A DNA stretch of 63,247 bases, filler included, from Reticulomyxa filosa (Eukaryota; Protista; Foraminifera): NCBI GenBank assembly GCA_000512085.1. It is 9 parts of 9 records of this genome, joined end to end, with 100 filler letters (N's around TTAATTAATTAA, not from the genome) between each part and the next. Parts side by side here need not be neighbours in the genome. Positions count along the whole stretch, not along the records: positions 1 to 10,157 come from ASPP01011028.1; positions 10,258 to 22,482 come from ASPP01005176.1; 7 more parts are not named here. One strand, given 5' to 3'. A program made the translations under genes and the position numbers. Below are positions 1 to 13,060 of the stretch, in pieces. Numbering within the stretch: the stretch's first letter is position 1; every line of letters starts with the position of its first letter. Below the pieces are notes generated by a model that did no database searches, was not told the DNA's origin, and was given only the letters and a program-made list of their open reading frames with translations.

Positions 1-2980
1 CAATAGCAATAACAATAGCAATAACAATAGCAATAACAATAGTAATAAAGAACATATAACAATAGAGAAAGGGGATGATGACATCAATGATACACCGGCG
101 TTGCGTCGCTCCACGGCAATGATAAAACGAAAGGTACATCATTTTGACGATCACAACCGAACAAAAAGTTGGAGTGTGTCGAATTTATCGACGTCACTGC
201 GAAGCATCACTTGTCATGCAAAAACTCGGAATTGGCAAATGAATTGGAATTATTAAATAACATGGACACGGAGGAAATCCGTATCGATTGTGAAAACAAT
301 CCACGATTTCATCCCAATTACTTTCTGAAGGTTATTGCATTTGATTTGGACAAAACCATGGTACGAACCATTTCATTACGTACCAATGAACAACCTCAGC
401 CCGAACAATTCGAAAACGGCTATTTTATGTTTTATGACGACACCACTGTCGAATTTCATCACGTTTACAAACGTCCCTATTTAACCGAGTTGTTGCACTT
501 TTTGCAAGTCGTTGTCAAAGAGCAGTTTCATACAAGATTGATTATGTGCACTCACGGTACTGAAAAATATGCACAGACGATTCTCAAGAAATGTGGAGCT
601 TCGGATTTATTCGAAGTTTACATACACTCTTTGTTACTTTGTCTGTTTTGTTACTTGTTGCCTTTTTTTTCATGTGAATGTAATATCGACAAACAAAGTT
701 CATTATGCCTCGCGAAGATTGGCAGCGTCGACGCTTTGACGACGATTACAAAACACGGCGCTTCAAAACGATTGCAAAGATGGCCCAGCGTTGTAATTGT
801 TCAACAGAAGATGTGTTAATGATTGATGACGATCCAGGTGTGTATGGACGAGCAGATCGCTGTCATGGGTCCTTGTTGCATATCAAGCCCTTTGAAGATC
901 CCGTCATCCAAAAAGACGACAAGGAAATGCATAAGCTGATTCAATGTCTGCATGACATCTTAAAGCATGGCAAAAATTATTATAATCTTTTGTTGTGCAA
1001 CAGTATTGCTTATACTGGTCTGGTCAATGAATATACCGTTGCAGGATCACGTCGACGGAGACAACAAGAGCAGGAACAAAAGAAAACAACTCAGATTAAT
1101 GAGACATTGCAATCACAATTGCAAAGTTTAAATCATTCTGATTATAAAAATCAACTCCCATCGTCCGATTTATCCACAGAAAATTCCCTTATTCTAGGAC
1201 ACAATGAGATCAAAAACAAAGATTCCTTATTGAAAGCTGTTTATTTACGAGATCGTCTTTTTCGTATGTTTTTTTTTTTTTTTTTTGGCCATTTTGAAAT
1301 GTTGATATGTCTGTTTGAATATTTGGGGGCCGAACAACAGTTCATCATTTGCGTTTACGATTGAAAGTGCTATGGTGTCTGCGCAAAGAATTTGCAATTG
1401 AAATAAGTCCAAAGGAATGGCTGGGAACATTGTATCTGTTTGATCGTTTTCACAGTGAAAAAAAAATTGATTGGAAAAAGGCAGAGCTAAATTTCAGCTT
1501 GCATGAGTTTATTATATTAATGTTTGGGTGCTTATTTATTGCTCGCCAATACCTGTTTCCAGACAACAAACGTCCCAAACAATTTCGACGAGATCCATAC
1601 ACCTGCAAGTTGTGGCTGTATCACGTCAAATTGTACCAAGAAATCATCACTCGACTAACAGAGGAACGAATTCATTTCTTAAAGAAGTTGCAATTGCAAT
1701 GGCAACAAATCCAACTCAAGAACCAACGTTCCTATGCTCCCAAATATGTCAATTTGGACGCTGATGTTGATATCGATGACGATGACAACTACAGCAACAA
1801 TAATGACAACGAGGACGACGATGGAAATGACAACCGAGCAAAGAAGCAGCACTGGGATGATCCAAGTAACAATACTTTATTGGATCAATATCAACAAGCA
1901 CTCAAGTCATTGCATTACCCTATCCCTTTGCGACACCAGCAATATGGTCACAATAGTTTAGCTTCTGCTGCTGACTATTCTACATTTTCCATTACTCAGG
2001 CATGTCTGTCTAAATCTTCGGATATTTCTCAGAGTGAATTGATGGACATTCAATCCACTTTACCAATTCCAATTCCTACTAGTAATAATGTTAATGACTA
2101 TTCCAATCACCATATCAGTTATCTGTTTGTTTGTCCATCTGTTTTTATTATAGCCATCGCATACACACATATATAATTGCAAACAAAAAACATAAGATCA
2201 TAACTCAAATTCAACAAAGCAAACATCTGTAATGGATGTTCGCGCCATTGAAAAAGAGGAAGCAGATGACAGTGGCAATCTCACTGCCGGAGAGGAAGAA
2301 GACGAAGACGATATGGATAAAAATGGACAAAAGGGCAATCCTCCTTTGTCGGTCAAAGATGTACCTGAAGACAATGGCATTTTGCCACATGACAAAATCC
2401 ATTCATCAATGCTCATTTGAAACATGAGCAAGAATTACTACAAACTCTACCCAACGACTGTGATTCTTCGTTGTCCATCCACCGCCCATCCCGTTCAAAA
2501 GAAAAACAGGGATTTGCATCTGCCACAGCAACACCAAAAACAGCGACAACAGATACCTCGTCCATGTATAATTATCAACACTTATCCTTTGCAAATGAAT
2601 TACTAATAGATCAAATTAGCAATATCCGCAGTTTTGTGACCGGGGAAATCATACAAACACGTGATCATGCCTACAATGGAGACATGGATAAAGACTACAA
2701 ACAAGAAATGCTCAGTGAAGAATATGGCCATCGACATGGACGTCGTCATAAACTTGATTTCATCAAAAAAGCATATTTCGAAGACCTCAATGAACTTTGC
2801 AAAATCATTCGAGATGGAATTGGATATCCCAAAATATTGCATGGATTATATTGTCGACCAACAGATGGATTTGATTCCACTTTCTTTGCCAAGTATCAAG
2901 AATTTGCTAATCAGATGTTCCTTTGTGTTGAAAAAATGGAAAATTTGGAACAAATTGATATGTTGAAATCGTTGTTCTGA
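1..2980 (+). CDS. FCP1/SCP (NIF)-type HAD phosphatase with C-terminal cyclin-like segment; 5'-partial, multi-exon
   Basis: VIAFDLDKTMV (DxDxT motif I), KRPYLTELL, MCTHGTEKYAQTIL and VLMIDDDP match FCP1/SCP motifs. GT-AG introns 616-698, 1264-1340 and 2118-2196 join ORFs in frame. Frameshifts are needed near A-runs 220-224 and 2394-2397. The Asn/Ser repeat at 1-47 is probably coding. Confidence 0.8.
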
Positions 2981-3426
2981 AAACATTTTTTTTTCCTCAT
3001 CAAAACAGTTTAAGTTTTTTTATTTTGTTTTTACCGCACCTTTTTTGTTTTTGTTTTAGTTTTTGTGAAAGCATTGAAAATTGATCAACATAACAGCATT
3101 TGCTACAGTCAGTTCTTTTGAGAGTTTATCTTAGTTTTGTATCGGTGCGTTGATTTTTTGTGTTGTATTTTTCTTCTCTGGCCCCAGCCTCTGCAAAAGT
3201 CATTTTTTGAAATCCTCTTTGGTGCAATATGTGGAAATAGCTCCACGAAAATATGCTTCAAAAATAACCAACAAATATCACAAAACATTTTCATCATCAA
3301 ACACTCGACAATCAAAAATTGACATTGTTGTCAAATTTCATTAATTTAAAACAATAAACTTTTTTAAAGAGAGTTGACTTATTCAAACTTGTTGAACACT
3401 CATTACTCCGTAGCTTATTTTTAAAA

Positions 3427-5759
3427 ATGGAACAACTACGTCATGTTGAAAAAGTTATGACTCAAATCCCAAAAAAAAATGGTTTATCGGTAAATTCAAA
3501 AATGTCACAATTAAATGTTGGAGAGCAGATATTTCCAATTGACTCTCTACTTGCTGTCCAAATAGAAAAAGATGGACTTATTGACTTATTAAAGGCTCTT
3601 ACAGGCAGATTGGAAAAAGTTGAAAACGAACACGAGAAACTATCCCAAACTATAATGAAATATATTTCCGACAACAAAGTGCAAGAGCAGGTGTTGGAAA
3701 CAAAACATGAACCACGGCAAAACATCAAGACTTCATCTCAAATATTAGATTCTACAGCATTAAACAACGATCTCCACGAAAAAATAACTCATATCTTGTC
3801 TCGCCTGGAGAACGTTGAAAAAGTTCAACCACTTGACCCGTGGGTTTTACACACTGAAGTTTTGTTTCTTGGACGTCCCTTTTAAACTTATTTTAAAAAT
3901 TGTTTTTATGAAATTCAGGAATTAGATAAAAAAATTGGAGAGCTCTCAAAAGTCGTTGAAGAGTGCAAATTAGAGCACTCTACACTTACAAATGAATGGA
4001 AGAGTAAAAGATTTACTGCCTTTACTTGTGAAAGTATTACTTTGTGTAATTTAGAAAAATCCCCAACATTTATTCCAGTAGGTGGCATTCAGATTTCAAA
4101 TAATGCAATTAATAACATTCAACAAGATCCCGAAAGTAAATCAGATATTGAATCTACTGAAAACAAAGAAGATCTACAATCTAATCAGGCCAATGCTACC
4201 CAATTTAATGAAGACAGAGTATTGTGAATTTTCATATTTGTAGCTTGTCTAACTCTTGATATATTAGAACGCAATGAAAAATAGGAGATACAAAATGGTC
4301 GTGACCATTTGGAAGCAAACGAATATGTGAAATTCTCAGAGCAACTTGAGCAATTACGGGCACAACTGCTGAGTGAAATAGATCAACTTAAGGATCAGGT
4401 TTTAATTTTTGTTTGTGCTGTTTGAGTATTAGTCAAATTGATATTTGTTTTGCAAACTTTGTAGATTCACTCAAATATGATGCAAAGCACTTATTTGAAA
4501 GGCAATAACGAGATAGTAGAAAAAACTGATCAGCATAAGGAAGAGCCCAATGAAGAAAAAAAGGCTGTTTCAGATTCAGTACAAGATAAGGTTTTTTTGG
4601 AACTTCAAAAACAATTGGAGCTTCATCAAGTACTTTTGGAATCACTATCAGAGAAAATTCGTTTGCTGCAGCTCGATCATCAAATTCTATTAGAAAATAA
4701 AAAGGATCAAAATTCAAAAACTGACCAATTACCTGATTCATCCAAAACACCAGATCTTGCGAATAACACCAGTGACAAAGCATTGCAAAAAGGCAGCAAA
4801 ACAAATAATCCTGATCCGCCAAAAGTTAACTATTGAAAGAATACTGTGTTTTATATTGCTATCTTCACCAATATACTTTATTCTGGCTAGGATTTATTGA
4901 CTGAAGTTCCTGTATCCGAATCTCGTAGTTTACAACAAATGAAGGAAGAAAATGATAAAATACAAAATTTAACTAGTGCCAAAGATTTACAAGAAGAAAG
5001 CAACTTGGTTAAGCGGTTTCTTCCCCAGGTTAAGACAAGTTCATTGAGCAACTTGACACCAGCAGAAGAAAAAGATTTCAAAAATACCTTACAAACTTAC
5101 AAAACATGGATTGTCAACAATACCAATGACATCTCGTTTTTAAAACAACAATTTTTGGAACTTTCACCAGGGACCGTTCCTCCTCTCAAGAGCAGTGATG
5201 AAAACATTCAAAAACCTGTAAAACGTCTATCAAATCATATCAGCACGAAGCAACCTGTTTTGGTATACTATTTGTGAGTAATTTTTAACATTGTGTATCT
5301 TTTTCTACATTGCAGTGTTTTTCTTTAAAATAGAATAAATTCGTGATTCATGAAAATGCTCTGAAAGATCTACAAAACAAAATTAATCAAAAAGCAGACC
5401 GCTCTTATGTAGATCAGTTGATGCGATCCGCTTATACATCAAGAGAAAATGCTCTATTAAGCGGTAAAATGTTAGAAGGTCAAAAATGTATTTCATGTGA
5501 CCGCCCTGCACAAGTGATCCCATGGGTGCAATCACAATACACCCCTCCAGCGTTTAATGCGCACATAAGACCCAAATCTTCTTGGAGCAAGTCGAATTCT
5601 ACTGGAACTTACTTTTTGCCGACGATAGTAAACAATGCTGAAAGCAAAGCGAGCACAATGCGAACGCCCGAAAAAGAAAGACTTTTATCTCCAGAGTTGA
5701 TTCTTTCTTCTCTTGGAGACAAAAATCACAAATCGAGTCATAACTTGGTTTCATCATAA
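3427..5759 (+). CDS. Multi-exon coiled-coil protein with DUF4795/QRICH2-like C-terminal CxxC motif
   Basis: Collinear + strand ORFs (3427, 4042, 4477, 4897, 5343) are separated by short intron-like gaps. The C-terminus INQKADRSYVDQLM...ALLSGKMLEGQKCISCDRP resembles the QRICH2/C16orf96 CISCDRP region. Confidence 0.6.
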
Positions 5760-6094
5760 TGTATTTGTTTTTAAAATATGAAAAATAAAGATACATTCTT
5801 TCCTTCTGTAAAAAAATTCATGATCGAAACTTTTTGTATTCACTCAACAATTTCCCATGAAAATGAGAGAAAAACTATACCAGTTTTAAACCGTTGTTTA
5901 TAAACAAAAAAAAAAGGCATATTTTGAATTCCCTTTTTTGGCTTCCTTTTTTTTGTATTAATCTCAAAGCTGACCTTTTTTTAGGGAGAATGCTAAATTA
6001 ATACTCTTTTTACAACTTTTGCCTTCTTCTTTTTTGTCGTTGTTAAAAAAAAAGTGACCGCAGTCTACTTAGAGTGTCGATGTAATTGAAGTGG

Positions 6095-7324
6095 CTAATT
6101 TCGGTCGAAAGTGAACATTGCTTCTTTATCAAAATGTCTTCTCACTTTTCGTTTGACAATTGAAACATAAAAGTTTTTGCAACTATAGTCACAGCACAAG
6201 CAGCATTGCTGGTACATAGCATCATTAAATCGGAATTGCAGATAAAAACACAAAATGCTCAAGGCACTATCCAAAGGTAGCGAATAAATCCATATCCAAG
6301 CGAACATTTGCAATTGTTCTTGTAAAATGAATATGAGAAGAAGTACAATGAAATACACCAACGTCGGTAGGCTTTGAATCATAGAGAGCACGGATATTTT
6401 ATTGATGGTTTCGATTAGACCTATCGTGTGAGAAGACAATTCTATATTTTCTTGTCCAACCACTATCTGCTCTTGAGTATACGTGCTACTGCTGGCTTGT
6501 ACCATATGTCCAATGGGGATTGAGGGTAAGTTGCTACGATTTGCGCTTGTGGACGAAATATCCTCGCTTCTCATTTTTTTAGTGGAAGGGGCAGCTGTTG
6601 TCAATTCGGTAGTGCTTTTTGTCGGAACAAAGTTTTGATTGAACGCGCTCAAGTTGATCGGATCTTGAATTGCTTGTGCAAGTGTTAATCGAAACAATTG
6701 ACGATTAAACAAATATGTGGATAAAAACGTTGTTAACAACATTGCCAGCACCCCAACGGTGATAATCATCGCCAATGCTGTTTGTATACGTGCGCAAAAC
6801 TATATACAGTTTTCTTCCGCCTCCCCCTTTTTTTTTGCTCGTTAAACAGATATACCGTCTGGAAAAAGATCGAATTCAAATAACACAATAATCACAAACA
6901 AGACAAATACAAGCAGTGGCAGTACTAAAATGAAAAATAGCAAGCGTGAAATATTTTGGGAATATCGGAAGATACTTTCTTCAAAGGATAACTTCAGTCG
7001 TTTTATTCCGAGTAATCCTTGTAAGAACACACCAAAAAATCTTAAAATTACTGCTAATACTAACAAAAAAAATGCTGCAACTGCACTCACATGCGCTGTT
7101 CCAAATATAAGGTATAAAACTATCGAATATGTGATCAATCCTTGACTCACAACTAATACTGTTGCCAGCGTTTTCACTGACTTGTTCATCATCGAGCTGT
7201 CGTCGTTTTGAGCAAGCCAATAAAAACGCCTGATAATATTGAATGGCAGAAATGTGCTGATAAATAAGGATGCAAGTAGCAAGAAGCCATAAAAAACAGC
7301 AGTGAAGACGTCTAACCACGACAT
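6095..7324 (-). CDS. Seven-transmembrane (GPCR-like) protein, two exons
   Basis: About 7 hydrophobic segments across ORFs 6842-7438 and 6095-6775, a long loop between TM5 and TM6, and a Cys-rich tail (YQQCCLCCDYSC). ATG at 7324; intron approx. 6780-6850. Confidence 0.7.
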
Positions 7325-7550
7325 TTCTTTTCTTTTCAATGGTCCTTGAAAGAACTTTCCTCGTAAAGTCCTTGAAAATATTCTAACTTCTTCTGTCAAA
7401 ATTGAGCAATTGTTTTCTTGTTTAAAATTTTGACACAAAGTGAATTTGTTAATACTGTTTTCATTTCATTTCAAGAAAAATGACGAAACTGAAAGTTGCC
7501 GAGAAAAAAAGAAATGGGTGGCTTTTTTAAAGAGTTCTTAGGATTATAAA

Positions 7551-8150
7551 ATGGCGTCTTCAGATAATAAAAATTTAGCAAAGCTTTGGCATGAATTACC
7601 AGATGATATGTTGCGACGGGCTGTCAGTTATGCAATCACCACACCTAAAGATTTGGCTCGTCTGAACAGAGTAAACGTTCAGTTTCGCAAAGCTCTACGA
7701 TACACCAGCCCCGGAGCCAGTTTGTTGTGGGAACAACTAGCCCGCTTCAAATGGCCCTATCTCTCGAAATCTTTGCATGTCCAGAGATGGGATAAATTTT
7801 TCCAAATTCGTTTGGGAAAGATAAAGAGATTTCATCAAAGTGATGAGGCTTTTGTTATCGAAAATTGTGGTCTGCAAGTTCTAGAAAAAGTGTTGAATGA
7901 CAATAACAAATACGTATGGGTTTTCAAGTGCCCTTTTGTGAGTAGTTTCAGCAGAGGGGAAACGTATCCAACGGTTTCAGGGGTTGAATTTTGTAAAACG
8001 TGCAAACGCAACGTATACGTTGTGAAGAACGAGGCCGAATTGGAAGAAAAAGTTGCAAATGACCAATGTGTTATCATCGACTTTAAGAAGCGGTATCCTT
8101 CCCCGATGCCGACTGGAGTTCGAGGGAAAATTGCCAGAAATATAGGCTAG
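7551..8150 (+). CDS. F-box protein with C-terminal Cys-rich domain; intronless
   Basis: WHELPDDMLRRAVSYAITTPKDLARLNRVNVQFR...LWEQLARFKWP is F-box-like. C-terminus has FKCP...FCKTCKRNVY...CV. Confidence 0.75.
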   Translation: MASSDNKNLAKLWHELPDDMLRRAVSYAITTPKDLARLNRVNVQFRKALRYTSPGASLLWEQLARFKWPYLSKSLHVQRWDKFFQIRLGKIKRFHQSDEAFVIENCGLQVLEKVLNDNNKYVWVFKCPFVSSFSRGETYPTVSGVEFCKTCKRNVYVVKNEAELEEKVANDQCVIIDFKKRYPSPMPTGVRGKIARNIG

Positions 8151-8459
8151 TCATTTTCTTTAGCAATTGTTTGTTTTGCTCTTTCGATTGTCTTCTACAT
8201 TGTATGATAAACTGATGTTTTTGTTTTTTGTGGACAACGTTCTTGTAACCTACACGTTGTTATCGATTTTTGAACATAACGCAAAACTAAATTTCAAGTT
8301 TAATTTACTTTTCGAAAAGACTTGATTAAAATATTGATTTCGATATTTTTAAATCTTTATGCAGAGTTTTTACAGAGTTCCTTAACTTCATAAATTTGGC
8401 CCAAGAAAAACTTTTCTTAAAGAAAAAAGAAAACAAAAAAACATATTTTATAAAAACCA

Positions 8460-10157
8460 TTACACATTTGTTCGCGACTCGTCTATACCCTCGTTGCAAT
8501 AATCAGAAATGAATGCATCTGACATTACAATATTATAATATTGACCAGAAGAGAAAGAGGCACGGCCCAAATTGCTAGTTTTCCCTTTGTTCATCTACGT
8601 TTGTCTTGAACGACAAAAACGTCTTTGTTCCTAAATATGAAATCTTCATCAAAAGCACCTTCTTTGAAAGCACATAATTTTACGCATTGAACCAAGGATA
8701 TGAATAAAGGATTCCAGAAAAACGCGGAGAGTATGAACACAATCGTGGTAGCAACAAGCCATCTTTCAACGGGTTCCAGATATTTATTAAATAGGTTAAG
8801 ATAGTGCTTCGTATATTGGTCATCCGTCAACTCAATAAAATATGGCTTGTTATTAAATTTCTCAACAAATGCCTGCGTTGCATCTGAGAAGAGAAAACAA
8901 ACATAATACTCGAAGAGTTATATGAATAAGTTTTGTTGGCGGGTATATTAGCGCACGCAATATGCGTGCTTCAAAAACAAAAACAAACTAAACTGTAGTC
9001 CTTATGAAGGGTGTAAGGAATGTCAATTGCGTCCGAGCATTGGGAGCTGATATTGATGTCGTTTTGTAAATACAAGATATTGAACTCCAAAGCACACACA
9101 AAAATGATGGCAAGACAAGCGATGGTCCAGAGCACACAAATGCACCAAGCGATATTCTTGCAATAACGTGGCAAAATAAATTTTTTTTTCAATAAGTATT
9201 GTCTCAATTCATTGGAGGCCAAGAAACGTCCCTGCATGTGTGGTAGTTCATCCAACAACAACAAAATATATTTACATATACACATATATAATATATATGA
9301 TGACAACAATAACAAAGATCAGTTAACGCAACAGCTTCGGTGTGACTTTCATCCAATGCTTTAGTTACCATTTTATTTCCTTCAAAGTCAGCGATTTGAT
9401 ATGCTTTCTGGCTATGACTGCGTCAAGTTGTAATTTTCTTTTTTGGATTATTTAGACCAGTGTGAAATCCACCTTCTTGAAAAGGTCTCATGGGATGAGG
9501 TGATTGCCAGCTCTGTTGACTTGGTTGATTGTCGCCTGACGCATGCAAAAACTTATCAAGATTGATATGAGCAACAACAGGACGCATTTCACTTGATTCC
9601 GTTGACTCGGCGTCGTTCGAGCTCTCTTCATCATATTCCACATCCATTCGTTGTCCGTGATTGATCATTGTATCGTTATTTTTATGAGCCACATTTTCCG
9701 GTTTGCCTTTCATTGTTTTTTCAAATCACCAATCAAGCAACAAACAAATGAAACAAAAGAAATGGAGCCATGACAATATGTTCAAAACAGCCCACCTTTT
9801 TTGTATCTTCGTTGAGAGTCTGCAGCTGATCCAGATTCGTGCTGGTGTGAGTGCTGGTGTTTTTTCTTGTGAAGCCGTTGCTTTATATTTTCTTCTCCTG
9901 TTAAAAGACTGTTGGTGAGATGCTGTGCTGGTAATGGTTTCGGCTATCAATTTCGGCAACACACACAAACAAATAAACGCAAAATGGTTCAGAGATCGCA
10001 GAAACGCATCAAACAAGCAAATGAAAAGAATAAAGCAATATTGTCACCAAACTGGGACAGGAGGATGGTTTGCAGATGAAGCAGTGACTTCGCTGCGATT
10101 GTCATTGTCTTCATCTCCATTATCCTCTTCTTCTTGCTCTTCTTCCCCTTCTTCTTC
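8460..10157 (-). CDS. Polycystin-1 (PKD1)-like multipass membrane protein, 3' part
   Basis: ILPRYCKNIAWCICVLW...ALEF and RWLVATTIVFILSAFFWNPL resemble PKD1-family TM segments. Several GT-AG introns; predicted stop at 8460-8462; truncated by the spacer at 10158. Confidence 0.5.
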
Positions 10158-10257
10158 NNNNNNNNNNNNNNNNNNNNNNNNNNNNNNNNNNNNNNNNNNN
10201 NTTAATTAATTAANNNNNNNNNNNNNNNNNNNNNNNNNNNNNNNNNNNNNNNNNNNN
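10158..10257. other. Artificial assembly spacer
   Basis: N44-TTAATTAATTAA-N44, giving stops in all six frames; eight identical copies in the window. Confidence 0.99.
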
Positions 10258-11556
<1,299 letters not shown>

Positions 11557-13060
11557 GGGTTTGTTTTTGCTGAGAGTACAAATAAGAGACAAATGCAGGG
11601 GGCAAAAATTACAATTACAAAAACGCAGCCTTTTAGTTAACGAAGTAAACCAATTAACAAAATGTTGTAACGCCAAAAAAAGAATCTTTACGAAAACCAA
11701 TATATGGCAACTCATCTTTACATTTAAATTTTGACGGAGAGCTTTAAAAAAATTGTTCAATCAATGAGCAAAAAAATTCCACACCAATTGACATTTTTTC
11801 CATAACAACACAGCAAATAAAATGGTGTGACTTTTGCTTTACAAAAATAACATCAATTGCGTTGTTTTCAAAAACAATTGTAAAATTTCTTGGAAGAATA
11901 TTCATGCTTTTGTTTGACACTGTCGATCTGGATAGTATCTTTTTCAAAATATAATTTTGTTTTTTCATCAACAGTGCATCGCAAGCAATTCATATGTTAT
12001 TTATTAAGCAAAAAAAACTAAATAAATGTTATTAACAAAAATTTTGTTGACACAAACGTTTTAATAATTTCTATTAACACAAATTAGTAATTAATATAAC
12101 ATTGATTGACATATTGCAACAACTAGAAAATGTGGATAGCAACACTTGTTTGTTGGTTGAATAGACAACACATTACAGAAAAGAAAAAAAAAAATGGAAC
12201 TGGACCCTTTTTCAAACTCTTCAACTTGGCCATTCCATGTTTTTTTATAACAATAGTACGGTTCTGAGATTTTTGCTTATTTTAATATTTTTTATTTAAG
12301 TTTTTAAAAATTTTGGCACGATATTGAAAGATAATTCAACCATTAAGTATCAATTAAAAAAAATCTATCAGTACTGCATTTATGTGAATCGTCAATAGAA
12401 TAGTAGACACTCCAAAAGTTGAAAAAAAAGTGTTAATAGTGTGCATCTGTCTAAGTTATGTGCTGAACCCTCTAAGTTGAACTCAGTTGTTGAAACTCCA
12501 ACATCGTTCTTGATAACTATCCAAAAATCTTTACTTAACTGCGAGGCTTTTTCTTTCGATCAAAAAGGAGGGAAAAGGAGGATGTTGATGTTGGGTATCC
12601 CAATGGATTGCTGCACTCTGTCAACATATAATCCTTCAGACAGTCATTTATGATTGACCTGACTCGATAATGTTTTTACTTTAGCTGCGCTCTGTCGCAG
12701 CTCCCAATATTTATTTAAGTAGTCATTATTTGTTATTAACTTTCTTTAAAAAAAAGAGTCTTATGTGGAACTAATAAAAAGTTTGGTAAAAGATGTTTAA
12801 AAAAAATTTGTGATGCGACCACTACATAAAAGTGTGCTTGTGTCATAGTCGCTTCGTTCTGAAAAGGAACATCTTTCTTACTACAAAAAAACCTTTCAAA
12901 GCATTTTTATTTTTCCACAAAGTACTTTGTGACCCCCAATTTCAATAGTCTACATTAACAAAAAGCACATCAAAGATTTAGTCTTTTTGTAATGTTTTTC
13001 AAATTTTAGCACATTTTGTATTAAAATAAATGAAATATTCCATTTAAGAGATTTTATTAT

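Noticed and set aside
1-47. (CAATAGCAATAA)n as a telomeric repeat
   Set aside because: Reads as Asn/Ser codons in an open frame leading into the phosphatase gene and lacks a G-rich strand.
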